DNA of 64,000 bases from an uncultured Methanosarcinales archaeon. Lineage in GTDB: Archaea; Nanobdellota; Nanobdellia; Woesearchaeales; CAIVOO01. The stretch is from positions 76,972-140,971 of the forward strand of contig CAZAIK010000002.1 of NCBI GenBank assembly GCA_964485195.1, written 5' to 3'. The notes under the pieces were generated by a model, which did not search any database, was not told where the DNA came from, and worked only from the letters and a program-made list of their open reading frames with translations. Of this stretch, positions 28,934 through 38,145 are shown piece after piece. Position numbers and translations under genes: made by a program. Every line of letters starts with the position of its first letter. Within the stretch, counting starts at the first letter, position 1.

Positions 28934-29614
28934 ATGCTCTCAAAAAACCAGAAGATAAATGACATATTCCGGCAGTTTCTTTATGCTGACAAATTGAAAT
29001 TCAGCGAGATAGAGAGGAAAACAGGGATAAGGTCCAACGAGCTTGCCTATCTTGTTAAGAGAATGGTTAGGGAGGGCATTCTTGAGAAAAGCAATGAGCA
29101 TTATGTGGTGTCTGAGGAATATGAAAAGCACATTCCCCTTTTTCCGGAGGCAAGCGAGACAACCCCCCTGCCTGTCGTTCTTGTGGCCTGCCTTAGTGAC
29201 GGAAAAATACTGCTTGTCAAAAGAAAGAAAAGGGCGTACAAGGATTATTGGAGTCTTCCCGGCGGGAGAATCAGGACAGGCGAAACTTTAAAGGAAGCCT
29301 CATTAAGAATTCTTAAGGAAAAAACTTTCATTGACGCGGATTTTGTTTCTGTCAACGCAGTGCTGCACGAGCATTACGGCAAGGGGAAAAACGTCAAGAA
29401 TGCTTTCATCCTCTTCCTGACAAGGGCGAAAGCCCTTAATGAGATTAAGGAAAAGGAGCACTTGAAATATTTTGGCAGGGATGAAACCAAAAACATAAAC
29501 ATGGTTCCTTCTGACCTGTGGCTGATTGAGAACAGGCTTGACAAAAACATTGACGTCAGGGAGGAGATGCTTGAGGAAACAAAAGGAAGGCTTTCTATGA
29601 AGCTGCTGAACTAA
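28934..29614 (+). CDS. winged-helix + Nudix hydrolase fusion
   Basis: 226 aa; N-terminal wHTH (SNELAYLVKRMVREGILEK); Nudix box LPGGRIRTGETLKEASLRILKEKT. Confidence 0.6.
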   Translation: MLSKNQKINDIFRQFLYADKLKFSEIERKTGIRSNELAYLVKRMVREGILEKSNEHYVVSEEYEKHIPLFPEASETTPLPVVLVACLSDGKILLVKRKKRAYKDYWSLPGGRIRTGETLKEASLRILKEKTFIDADFVSVNAVLHEHYGKGKNVKNAFILFLTRAKALNEIKEKEHLKYFGRDETKNINMVPSDLWLIENRLDKNIDVREEMLEETKGRLSMKLLN

Positions 29615-30381
29615 TCCTCTCTGGGATTAACGACGTAAATGCCCCTTTCACTCGGCTTGAACATAATCCTGTCATTTACGCTGAAAATTTCCTCAGCTAT
29701 CCTGTAGTCAATGGACTTTCTCCTTCCCCTTGCAAAGCCGTGGCTCCTGTGTCCGCCGTCCATCTCCACGTGCTCATAATCGAGAATGACAGGCTTCATA
29801 TGATGCCCCCTTAATGATTCCTCCAGCCTTGCTGTTTCAGGCTGGAAGTAAACAAGAGTTTTTGAAACAATATCTTCAGGCTCCACCAGGTCTTCCTGCA
29901 GTTCCAGGACTTCCTTTTCCAAGGCCCTTAGATGAACCATCTTGTTGATGTCTTCCTGGCTGTAGCATTTCAGGCTTTTTTCCTGGCCTTTCCTAAATCC
30001 CCTCCCGGCCATCCTTACCATAAAGTTTGAGCCGTCCTTGTAGAATATGTTTGACAGCAGCAAATCATTTTCCCTGCAATGGATGAGCGTCCTCCTTAAG
30101 TCGCTCGCAGGAATCTTCCTGCTGTGGAGCAGAAGCCTCATTTTCTTCGGGTTTTCTATTTTTTCAGGGTCCTGTGTCAGTAGAATCTGGCTTTCGTCAG
30201 CCTGCAGTACCTGGTATCCTGATTCCTCTATCAGTCCTGCTGTGAAATCCCTCATCCTTTGTTTTTGGGCTCTTGAAACCATATCTCCTGGTGAAAAACC
30301 CCTCTTTATAAAGCTTTCTTTATTGGCCAGTGGTGTAAATTTTTTGTAAAGTTTTTTAAACAGCAGACTCTTTGAAAACAA
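29611..30381 (-). CDS. hypothetical protein
   Basis: 256 aa, 4-nt overlap with upstream gene; no confident domain. Confidence 0.35.
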   Translation of the reverse strand: MFSKSLLFKKLYKKFTPLANKESFIKRGFSPGDMVSRAQKQRMRDFTAGLIEESGYQVLQADESQILLTQDPEKIENPKKMRLLLHSRKIPASDLRRTLIHCRENDLLLSNIFYKDGSNFMVRMAGRGFRKGQEKSLKCYSQEDINKMVHLRALEKEVLELQEDLVEPEDIVSKTLVYFQPETARLEESLRGHHMKPVILDYEHVEMDGGHRSHGFARGRRKSIDYRIAEEIFSVNDRIMFKPSERGIYVVNPRED

Positions 30382-30614
30382 AAAAAGGAGGCGGTAATAT
30401 GGAAAAGGACTGCAACTATGACAAGGCCAAGCTTATCCATCACATTGCAAAGCTGAATCACTTCATAAACAAGCACGCCATTGAGGACGCAAAAGCAGCA
30501 GGGCATCCACATTGCGAGTCAATGTACAGGGAGATTGCAGAGCAGCTTGAGGAATCCCTCAAAAAGCTGAAGCAGGCAGTGACAGGCCTGGCAAAGGAAG
30601 ACAAGTTTGAATAA
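30372..30614 (+). CDS. small helical hypothetical protein
   Basis: 80-aa ORF; true start probably Met at 30399 (MEKDCNYDK) after RBS aaggagg. Confidence 0.3.
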   Translation: MKTKKGGGNMEKDCNYDKAKLIHHIAKLNHFINKHAIEDAKAAGHPHCESMYREIAEQLEESLKKLKQAVTGLAKEDKFE

Positions 30615-30683
30615 TTATTTTGTTTTTATACCAAAACTTTTTTATAATTTCTATCAGGCAGGCGTCCCCAGACGAGGGTATTC

Positions 30684-31118
30684 GTGTTTTTCAAAAGCAA
30701 ATCAAGGGCCCTGCAGGAAGATATCACTACTTCTAAAAGCACCATAGGCATTGACAAGAACAAGCACTGCGAAAGGTGCGGAAACTGCTGCAGGGGAATG
30801 GTCTGGAAGAAAAGGTTCAGCTTTGAGGAGACCTTCAGGATAGCTGGGGAAAAGGCTTCCAGAAAAGAGGTTGAGGAAAAATTGATGGGGTTCTACAGAG
30901 AATATATTGAAAAGAAAGGACTTCCTGTTGAAAAGGAATACCAGCCGGAATGGGACAGCAAGAACAGGAAAATCAGGGTGCAGGCAAAGGTTGGAAGGTG
31001 CAGATATCTCTATTTTGTGGAGGATGACAGGTCAGTATGCCTTAATTACAAAAACAGGCCCAAGGAGTGCAAAGATTACCTGTGCAAGAAGGTCAAGGAG
31101 AAGATAGGTAAGGAATGA
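30684..31118 (+). CDS. YkgJ/UPF0153-family putative Fe-S or zinc-binding protein
   Basis: 144 aa; CERCGNCCRG motif plus C-terminal CxxxxC...C; paralog at 41307..41819. Confidence 0.5.
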   Translation: MFFKSKSRALQEDITTSKSTIGIDKNKHCERCGNCCRGMVWKKRFSFEETFRIAGEKASRKEVEEKLMGFYREYIEKKGLPVEKEYQPEWDSKNRKIRVQAKVGRCRYLYFVEDDRSVCLNYKNRPKECKDYLCKKVKEKIGKE

Positions 31119-31125
31119 TTTTAAT

Positions 31126-31240
31126 CCTGGCACCGCCCAGCGCGGTCTTCAGGATCACTGTCAGATTTTAAATAAATCGGCTTCAGGAGCGGTTTTGGAA
31201 GCGGACGGAGCGCAGTGCCAGCAACGCAGGAGTTAAATTT
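31126..31240. repeat. GC-rich conserved non-coding element, copy B (paralog of 3048..3198)
   Basis: ggcaccgcccagcgcgg...tcggcttcaggagcgg...gcggacggagcgcagtgccagc aligns with copy A over ~100 nt; enclosed by ggcac...gtgcc stem; right end cgcaggagttaaattt resembles the TIR of the 39.8 kb element. Confidence 0.4.
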
Positions 31241-31319
31241 ATAAACCCTTTGTTAACCTTTTTTCTCAATGAACAAGAAAAAGCGCTTAAAAATGACTTT
31301 TTCTTTAAAAAAGATTTAA

Positions 31320-32531
31320 ATGAAAGATTTTGGAGAATTAAATATTGAAGAGCCGCTCCTGAAAGCGATAAGGCAGATGGGCTTCCAAAAGCCCACGGAG
31401 GTTCAGGAGAAAGCAATCCCGCTAGTTGTAAAAGGCAGGGATGTCATAGCGGGCTCGGCAACAGGCTCTGGCAAGACACTTGTTTTCGGGGCTGCCATAA
31501 TACAGAACTGCGAGAAGGGCAAAAGAATACAGTCTCTTGTGATTACCCCCACAAGGGAGCTTGCAGAGCAGGTATCAAAGGAGCTGAAAAAGATGTCCCA
31601 GCACAAGCCCCTGAGGATAGCTGTTGTTTACGGAGGCGTGGGAATAGAGCCGCAGATTGAAAGGCTGAAAAAGGCGGAGGTTGTTGTGGGAACTCCGGGA
31701 AGAATCCTTGACCACCTGCAGAGGGGAACTGTAAGCTTCAGGCAGGTAAAGATACTTGTGCTTGATGAGGCTGACAGGATGCTTGACATGGGATTCATAG
31801 ATGACATCAGGAAGATAATAAGCCAGTGCAGCAGGCACAGGCAGACTCTTCTTTTTTCAGCTACGATAATGCCCGAGATTTACAAGCTCGCGGAAAGATA
31901 TATGAAAAATCCTGTTAAGGTTTCTGCAGAAAGCTATGTTGACCCTAAGAAGCTGACCCAGGTTTATTATGACATAAGCGAAAAGCTGAAAATGTCCCTG
32001 CTTGTTCATCTTTTGAAAGAAGAGAAATCAAAACTTGTGATGGTCTTCTGCAACTCGAGGAAAACAGCGGATTTCGTGGCCAAGAACCTGAAGGCCAACG
32101 GCGTGAGGGCGAGTGCAATCCACGCCGGCTTCACACAGAATATGAGGAACAAGATTATGGAGATGTTCCACTCCGGCCAGATAAACGTTCTTGTGTGCAC
32201 CGACGTTGCTGCAAGAGGGCTGGACATAAAAGGAGTGAGCCACATTTACAATTACGACGTTCCCAAGGACAGCAAGCAGTATGTTCACAGGATTGGGAGG
32301 ACTGCAAGGGCAGGGAAGGAAGGCAAGGCAATAAACCTGATTTCGCAAAAGGACTTTGAAAACTTTGACAGGGTTTTGCGCGACAATGATGTTGAAGTGA
32401 AAAAAGAAAAAACACCCTATCTTCAGCCCATAAGGATGGCCAGCCGCAAGACTTTTAAATCTGGTTATAAAACCCAGGACAGGAGGTATAAAAATGAAGG
32501 TAAACGAACTAAAAGACAGAACCGCCGTTGA
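31320..32531 (+). CDS. DEAD-box ATP-dependent RNA helicase
   Basis: 403 aa; Q-motif, GSGKT, PTRELA, DEAD (LDEADRMLD), SAT, HRIGRTAR motifs; basic C-terminal tail. Confidence 0.9.
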   Translation: MKDFGELNIEEPLLKAIRQMGFQKPTEVQEKAIPLVVKGRDVIAGSATGSGKTLVFGAAIIQNCEKGKRIQSLVITPTRELAEQVSKELKKMSQHKPLRIAVVYGGVGIEPQIERLKKAEVVVGTPGRILDHLQRGTVSFRQVKILVLDEADRMLDMGFIDDIRKIISQCSRHRQTLLFSATIMPEIYKLAERYMKNPVKVSAESYVDPKKLTQVYYDISEKLKMSLLVHLLKEEKSKLVMVFCNSRKTADFVAKNLKANGVRASAIHAGFTQNMRNKIMEMFHSGQINVLVCTDVAARGLDIKGVSHIYNYDVPKDSKQYVHRIGRTARAGKEGKAINLISQKDFENFDRVLRDNDVEVKKEKTPYLQPIRMASRKTFKSGYKTQDRRYKNEGKRTKRQNRR

Positions 32532-32796
32532 TGAAATCACTTTGAAAATAACTGCAAAAGAGGAGCCCAGGGAAGTTAAAGGAGGAACCCTTAGAGTGTG
32601 CAATGCCACGGGCGAGGACGACACAGGCAAGGTTACTGTTACCCTGTGGAATGAGGACATAGACAAGGTGAAGGAAGGGGGCACGATTAAGATAAGCAAC
32701 GGGTGGTCCCATATGTTCAATGGGGAGATGCAGGTAACCTCGGGAAGAAAAGGAACACTTGAAGTGATGGACCAGGCAGAGGAGCTACAGACCTAA
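32494..32796 (+). CDS. OB-fold nucleic-acid-binding protein (SSB/RPA-like single OB domain)
   Basis: 100 aa; pattern VDEITLKI...GKVTVTLWNEDIDKVKEGGTIKISNG typical of short archaeal OB-fold proteins. Confidence 0.5.
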   Translation: MKVNELKDRTAVDEITLKITAKEEPREVKGGTLRVCNATGEDDTGKVTVTLWNEDIDKVKEGGTIKISNGWSHMFNGEMQVTSGRKGTLEVMDQAEELQT

Positions 32797-33423
32797 TCTT
32801 TTCCTGAATTTTTCAGCCTTTTCAAAAACAACAGGCAATGGAGCGCAATAATTGCTTTCTTCTTTGAGATATCTTTCAAGCTCTTCAGGGGCGAGCCATT
32901 TAAAGTCAACCACTTCTTCATCTTTAAAATCTAAATCTTTTGTTGGGGTCAGAATAAATGCCAGGCCCACAAATTCATTGTTTCTTTCTGTCTTATAATG
33001 GAATTTCTCAAAGATTATAGCAATTGGTTTTTTGATTTTTGTTTTTGCAAGTTTTGCAAACTCGTCAACAGAATCAATCACGTCAATGTCAATGCCTATC
33101 TCTTCATCAGCTTCCTTAATCAGTGTTTCCTTAAAACTCATTGGCCTGTATCCCCCTCCCTCTTTTATGTAGCAGTTATGGCCTGCAACTCCCATGTCCC
33201 ATTTTCCTGCGCTGAATTTATCATATTTTTTCGGGTTTTTTAGCTGAATGCCGTATTTCCCTGATTCTGGATGGAAAATCATAGGCCAGGTTGAATAATG
33301 TGTGAGCACAGGCCTTGCCCCTGGAAGGTGCGCGTGTATTTTGGAGATAGGCCCTATTATCTTGCCATTTTCATCACAATGTATCAGGTATTCAATGTCA
33401 TTGCGAAGGATTGATTCAGCCAT
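32785..33423 (-). CDS. Nudix-family hydrolase
   Basis: 212 aa; GKWDMGVAGHNCYIKEGGGYRPMSFKETLIKEADEEIGI approximates the Nudix box. Confidence 0.5.
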   Translation of the reverse strand: MAESILRNDIEYLIHCDENGKIIGPISKIHAHLPGARPVLTHYSTWPMIFHPESGKYGIQLKNPKKYDKFSAGKWDMGVAGHNCYIKEGGGYRPMSFKETLIKEADEEIGIDIDVIDSVDEFAKLAKTKIKKPIAIIFEKFHYKTERNNEFVGLAFILTPTKDLDFKDEEVVDFKWLAPEELERYLKEESNYCAPLPVVFEKAEKFRKRLGL

Positions 33424-33462
33424 AAAAAGCTTAAAAATGTATTATAATATAAATATTGGTTA

Positions 33463-33765
33463 TTAAAGACTCCCGACACTTGTTGAGAAAACCTTGTCAT
33501 CAACAGTTATTTCTGTTTTCACTGAAGTGAGCATAGCAGACCTTTTTATGCTTACAACTATGCTCCTTACTCTTGAGAAATCAAAACCCTTCTTGATTCT
33601 TTCTTTTACGAAATTCACGCAGTGCAGGTCAAAGTCAGTTTCCCCCTTGAGAACATCTTTTTTGCAAGGGAACTGAATTTTATTGCTTAACTGCCCGCTT
33701 ATTGTTAAAAATTTCAGATGGTCAGCGAGGTCCCTTGCTGTCCCCCTTAACATTGTCAGCTTCAT
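33463..33765 (-). CDS. hypothetical protein
   Basis: 100 aa; no domain recognised. Confidence 0.3.
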   Translation of the reverse strand: MKLTMLRGTARDLADHLKFLTISGQLSNKIQFPCKKDVLKGETDFDLHCVNFVKERIKKGFDFSRVRSIVVSIKRSAMLTSVKTEITVDDKVFSTSVGSL

Positions 33766-34039
33766 CCTTCATCTCCTTCACTGTTTTCCTGAAAGCCTCT
33801 ATCTGCTTGTCAGAAAGCCGGCCGTATTTCAGGTACTTTATCTTGATGTCCCTAAGGAAGGAGTTTTCCCTGTAAAATCCTTCCGGAATGTCAAACATCT
33901 TTCTCATCTTCGGATCCTTTATTTCCCCTTCCAGCTCCTTCTTCTGGCATCCGTAGCATACCGGGTACTTGTCACGCCAGCTTGCAAGCACATAGTTCTT
34001 CCTGCACCTGACGCATTTCTGCTTGTATTTCGCCACCAT
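33722..34039 (-). CDS. zinc-ribbon hypothetical protein
   Basis: 105 aa; CVRC...CYGC motifs near N-terminus. Confidence 0.4.
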   Translation of the reverse strand: MVAKYKQKCVRCRKNYVLASWRDKYPVCYGCQKKELEGEIKDPKMRKMFDIPEGFYRENSFLRDIKIKYLKYGRLSDKQIEAFRKTVKEMKDEADNVKGDSKGPR

Positions 34040-34161
34040 AATCCCATCCTTACAATTGCCTTTTATAAAACTAAGGGATAACCTTAAAAAGGGAGCGTAT
34101 TTTTTTTATTATACAATGCTTCTGGGATTGCCAGAAGCAAAAAAAACAACAGAGGAAAAAA

Positions 34162-34356
34162 ATGAAAGGAAAAGTAAAATTTTTTGACAAGACCAAAGGG
34201 TTTGGATTCATTCAGGTTGAGGGTGAGCCGGACCACCACGTCAGTGCAGATGACCTTGCAGAAGGGGTTGAGCTTAATGATGGAGATGAAGTTGAGTTTG
34301 ACTCTGAGGAGAACCCAAGGGGAAAGAAAGCAGTAAACGTAAAAAAAGCAGAGTGA
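34162..34356 (+). CDS. csp: cold-shock protein (CspA family, bacterial type)
   Basis: 64 aa; GKVKFFDKTKGFGFI RNP1 motif; followed by T-run terminator. Confidence 0.85.
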   Translation: MKGKVKFFDKTKGFGFIQVEGEPDHHVSADDLAEGVELNDGDEVEFDSEENPRGKKAVNVKKAE

Positions 34357-34361
34357 TCAAC

Positions 34362-34378
34362 CTATTGTTTTTTTTATT
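34362..34378 (+). terminator. oligo-T archaeal terminator after csp
   Basis: ttgttttttttattgta immediately after the stop codon. Confidence 0.4.
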
Positions 34379-34383
34379 GTAAA

Positions 34384-35145
34384 TTATTTTTTATTCCACA
34401 TTGAATAGAAGAATTTCCTGTATCTTTCTGCATTTTGTTTGGATTTTATGTCAAATGCAGTTACTTTTTCATCTGCCATGATATTTATCACGTGGTCTTT
34501 GAAGATGAAAACCCCTACGGGGTAAACTAGGTCAATGAACTTGACCTGCTCGTATTTGCTTTTGAAATACCCTGTGGGCTCGTAAAACCGCTTGAATAAT
34601 TTCTTTATCCTCGTATTCAATATTAATTTAAGACTGATTTTGTGCTTTCTTCTAAGTGCGTGGTAGAAGAGGAAGAAATTCTGGACATCTGTCCTTTTCA
34701 AAACCTCGTTTAGTCCAAATACGCAAATCTCTGCTTTTTCTTCAACTCCTGAGAATAATTCGTAAAACAATGACTTTAGCCCTTTCATCCCTTCAAACAC
34801 CCTGCTGTATTGCGTCTTTTCCTTCTCTTTTTGTTTTGCCAACAATGAGGGGATTATGTCTTTTATCTGCTCTTTTTCCTCTTCCAGGTTCCTTATTTTC
34901 CTGTTTACAAATTCCAGAAGGTTGTCAGGGCTTGTTGCTGAGAAATGCTTTCTCCCTGCCCTGATGACGTGGCTGGCCAGCCCTTTTTCTATGAGCTTGT
35001 TGAGTACGGGGTAGGTTTTTGCGTGTGTCACTCCTGATTTTTTTGATATGGGGCCGACTGTTGAGTCCCCCAGCTCAAACAGGGCAAAATAGACCTTTAC
35101 CTCCCCTTCTGTCAGTCCAATGTCCTTCAGCACCATCCTATTCAT
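34384..35145 (-). CDS. TrmB-family transcriptional regulator
   Basis: 253 aa; N-terminal TrmB wHTH (LTEGEVKVYFALFELGDSTVGPISKKSGVTHAKTYPVLNKLIEKGL). Confidence 0.7.
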   Translation of the reverse strand: MNRMVLKDIGLTEGEVKVYFALFELGDSTVGPISKKSGVTHAKTYPVLNKLIEKGLASHVIRAGRKHFSATSPDNLLEFVNRKIRNLEEEKEQIKDIIPSLLAKQKEKEKTQYSRVFEGMKGLKSLFYELFSGVEEKAEICVFGLNEVLKRTDVQNFFLFYHALRRKHKISLKLILNTRIKKLFKRFYEPTGYFKSKYEQVKFIDLVYPVGVFIFKDHVINIMADEKVTAFDIKSKQNAERYRKFFYSMWNKK

Positions 35146-35214
35146 ATTATTACTCCCTAAGGAGGTAGTAATATTTAAATATTTCTGTTTTTTCAGTATT
35201 TTTATTACTATAAA

Positions 35215-35829
35215 ATGGTTATGAGAATGAAACTAATACAAAAAGCACTAGCTTGCCTGGCAGCAGCTGCTTTGCCCGCAGCTGCGCAGGCAGACGCTAT
35301 CATAAGCCTTACAGGAGTTGGCAGGGAAGGGCAGAAGCCATTGGCCAGGTTGGAGACAATAGTGGATTTGCCTGTCAAAGGGGATATGTACATTCTTGCT
35401 GAGCACACGGACGAAACTAACCTTTATAAGATAAGGCCACAGATATTTCCCTTAATGAATGATGAGGGAACAATAGGCCTGGGAATAGCAGCATCGCATC
35501 TTGACCATCCTGTTGCAGGGGTTGCACAGGGGATTGGGCCTGCTGTGACCTTGAGAAAGAAAGCTGAAAAAGGGTTTGCAAGACTTGACGCAAGATACTT
35601 CAGCGGGCAGGACCTCCTTGATGTTTACACTTTTTTCCAGAATGATAAGGTCTTTGCAGACCTGCTGATGCTTTACAACACAAAGCAGGGGGAAGCTTCA
35701 GTGTTCAAGCCGGGCATTGAGATAAGGATAAACAAAAATCTGTCAGTGGGTGTTGAGATGTGCGCTCACGGGCCTGTTGATGACCTGGAAAAAGCATATG
35801 CAGGGCCGAGGGTAAAACTGCAGAACTAA
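35215..35829 (+). CDS. secreted hypothetical protein
   Basis: 204 aa; signal peptide LACLAAAALPAAAQADA. Confidence 0.45.
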   Translation: MVMRMKLIQKALACLAAAALPAAAQADAIISLTGVGREGQKPLARLETIVDLPVKGDMYILAEHTDETNLYKIRPQIFPLMNDEGTIGLGIAASHLDHPVAGVAQGIGPAVTLRKKAEKGFARLDARYFSGQDLLDVYTFFQNDKVFADLLMLYNTKQGEASVFKPGIEIRINKNLSVGVEMCAHGPVDDLEKAYAGPRVKLQN

Positions 35830-36362
35830 TCAACAACCTTATCAATGTAAAGCACATTGTTGTCCCTGAAGTCCATCCTTATCCTGCCGTCCCTGGTGTG
35901 GACATCCACTGGCTTGTCCTTGGCGACTGTGAACTTCTCGCCGATAATCGCCCCGAAAACCCTTGTTGTGATTGCGTTGTTCCAGACTCCCAGGATTTCC
36001 ACCTTGGCCTGGTCAAAAGAGACGGAGTTTCCCTCTGTGACCTCATTCACCACGGTAGTAAGAGGAAGATAACCTATATCTATGTTTTCCCCCGCCATTG
36101 TTGCCTCAACAACCTCAGGTGGAGCTTCTGCTGCCTCATCATCAGGTCCTTCTATCTCCTCATCCTGCACTTCCTTATCAGCAGGCCCTGCTACTGAATC
36201 ATCAGCAGGCATTCCTTCCTCGCTGTCGCAGACTTGGTTGCTGTTCTCGTCCAGGCAGCACTTCCCTCCCAGGGAAACGTAAGGAGCATCGCAGACAATC
36301 TCATTCTGTGCACACCCCAGCAGAATAATTATCATCGGGACAAGCAGTATCAGCCTTTTCAT
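35826..36362 (-). CDS. acidic secreted/lipoprotein-like hypothetical protein
   Basis: 178 aa; signal peptide LILLVPMIIILLGCAQNE; Asp/Glu-rich. Confidence 0.45.
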   Translation of the reverse strand: MKRLILLVPMIIILLGCAQNEIVCDAPYVSLGGKCCLDENSNQVCDSEEGMPADDSVAGPADKEVQDEEIEGPDDEAAEAPPEVVEATMAGENIDIGYLPLTTVVNEVTEGNSVSFDQAKVEILGVWNNAITTRVFGAIIGEKFTVAKDKPVDVHTRDGRIRMDFRDNNVLYIDKVVD

Positions 36363-36441
36363 AAAATAGCTGATATGAAGAAGTATTTAAATTTATAGGA
36401 AAAGCCAAAAGTATTTATAGGACAAGAAATACTGTTACTCC

Positions 36442-36663
36442 ATGTACAATACAGATTTCCTGCCACAGATGGAAGAATTCAGGAAATACTTGTGGGGAGC
36501 AGGACGTGTTGACACAAGGGCTGCTGCTGAAGAAGGAGCCAGAATGTCATATCTCCCTCCCAAGGATGTTGAGATAATTCCCTGTCGTCAGGCTCCCAGC
36601 GGAGAGTTGGTTCCGGTCACTTACGAGCTGGGGGAATTGGAAGAAAAGATTGATCCTGAATAA
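36442..36663 (+). CDS. small hypothetical protein
   Basis: 73-aa ORF immediately upstream of the PIN gene. Confidence 0.25.
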   Translation: MYNTDFLPQMEEFRKYLWGAGRVDTRAAAEEGARMSYLPPKDVEIIPCRQAPSGELVPVTYELGELEEKIDPE

Positions 36664-36731
36664 TTCTTTCACAGCTACGCAATTCCCTGGCCGCTAACAA
36701 ACTATATAAACCCAGAAATGCGGGCTGGTTT

Positions 36732-37157
36732 ATGCCTGCAAGATATCTTGTTGACACCTGCGTATGGGGGGATTTTTATGAAGACCGGATCAGCAAGTCA
36801 GGAAAACCTCTTGGAAAATACGCTTCTGAATTTTTTATGGAAGTTATAAAAAGTAAGGATAAAATCTTGTTTTCTGAAGCTTTAACATGGGAATTGAAGA
36901 AAGATTATGGTAAGAAAGGAATTACTGACCTTCTTAATCTGCTTGTTTTTAATGGTGTTCTTGTAAGAGTTGAAATTCAGAAGGAGGAGTATAGTGAAGC
37001 TAAGGAATTATCTGCAGGGAGGAACATCCCTTTTGTTGATTGCATTAATGCGGTTCAGGCAAGAAACAACAATGCCATTCTTGTTTCTCAAGACAAACAT
37101 TTCTTTGAGAAGCTTTCAGATGTTGTTAAATGTTTAAGGCCGCAGGATATCAACTAA
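36732..37157 (+). CDS. PIN-domain (VapC-like) ribonuclease
   Basis: 141 aa; YLVDTCVWGD N-terminal acidic motif and C-terminal VDCINAVQA...AILVSQDKHF. Confidence 0.7.
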   Translation: MPARYLVDTCVWGDFYEDRISKSGKPLGKYASEFFMEVIKSKDKILFSEALTWELKKDYGKKGITDLLNLLVFNGVLVRVEIQKEEYSEAKELSAGRNIPFVDCINAVQARNNNAILVSQDKHFFEKLSDVVKCLRPQDIN

Positions 37158-37416
37158 ACCTTTTTTCAAGCTCTTTCAGCAATTCCCTGCTTGTTTCATC
37201 TTTTGTTTTCAGATTTTCTTCTCTTGTTGTTTTTTTCTTTGCCTTTCCTTTATATTTGAGAAATCCCTCTACCAGCTCATCCTTTGTTAATCTTGAAAGC
37301 TTGTCCCTTACTGCCTCCCTTATGAACTCAGTCCTGGAGTTGAAATTATGCTCCTTGATGTTTCTATCTATCTTTTTCAGAACATCCTCCCTGAACTTTA
37401 CTGTTACCACATCCAT
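37150..37416 (-). CDS. ribbon-helix-helix (CopG-like) DNA-binding protein
   Basis: 88 aa; VTVKFREDVLKKIDRNIKEHNFNSRTEFIREAVRDKL is an RHH motif; convergent with and overlapping the PIN gene end. Confidence 0.55.
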   Translation of the reverse strand: MDVVTVKFREDVLKKIDRNIKEHNFNSRTEFIREAVRDKLSRLTKDELVEGFLKYKGKAKKKTTREENLKTKDETSRELLKELEKRFS

Positions 37417-37439
37417 ATTACTTTGTAATACAATGTAAT

Positions 37440-37934
37440 TTATAAGCTTTTTGGTAATTCCACAATCTCAGCATCACCTGACTTTGTGTCGTATATTGCG
37501 TATGATGGTTTGCTTTTCCACCCCATTATTTCTCCGGGATTGAGCAGCAAGGTTTTGTTAACATTCTCCTTCCTTGGGGTGTGGGTGTGGCCGTGCAATA
37601 CCAAGTCATAATCCCCTGTTGCTGCAAGACCCTCTGCGAATCGCGGGAGATGGGTAAAAGCTATTTTTTTACCTTCAATCTCAACTTCTCCAAGATCCCC
37701 GTGCAGGTTTACCTTTTTTTCCTGCGAGAGGTTTGTGGAGAGGTATCTGTCATCAGTGTTACCGAAACAGCAATGAACCTCTCCCCTGAACTTAGCCATT
37801 TCCGCAATCATAAAGGGGGCGCAGAAGTCACCGCAATGGATTAGCACCTCGCAGCCTCGTTCCTTTATCTTTTCAAGTGCTTTCCTCAGGTTTTCTATGT
37901 GGTCGTGAGAATCCGATACGATTCCTATTTTCAT
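37440..37934 (-). CDS. metallophosphoesterase (YfcE/MJ0936 family)
   Basis: 164 aa; GIVSDSHD, GDF, GHTH motifs. Confidence 0.8.
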   Translation of the reverse strand: MKIGIVSDSHDHIENLRKALEKIKERGCEVLIHCGDFCAPFMIAEMAKFRGEVHCCFGNTDDRYLSTNLSQEKKVNLHGDLGEVEIEGKKIAFTHLPRFAEGLAATGDYDLVLHGHTHTPRKENVNKTLLLNPGEIMGWKSKPSYAIYDTKSGDAEIVELPKSL

Positions 37935-38145
37935 GATTGCTTTACCTTTACTGCTTTAGCCATTATTGCTCCAACAAATCTTGGAATTGATTTCGCGCTT
38001 CCTTTTTCCACTTCATTGCTTATTTCTTCACATAACCGAATTATTTCATCCATATCCGCATCAAAAGCCATTTTAACACCTCCTAAACGACAATACAAGA
38101 AGAGTGGATATATAAAGTTTGTTGTTGGAATGAAGCAAGGATTAT

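Noticed and set aside
3048-31240. Copies A and B of the GC-rich element as att sites bounding a 28-kb integrated element
   Set aside because: The intervening region carries essential archaeal core genes (ftsZ, secE, spt5, L11, thermosome, GluRS, EF-1alpha, S10) in conserved order, which rules out a mobile island
32028-32720. 230-aa minus-strand ORF
   Set aside because: Antisense to the DEAD-box helicase gene, which has unmistakable motifs
37150-37416. RHH gene and PIN gene (36732..37157) as a classic toxin-antitoxin operon
   Set aside because: The two genes are convergent and overlap at their 3' ends, so they are not co-transcribed in antitoxin-toxin order and may belong to separate degraded pairs
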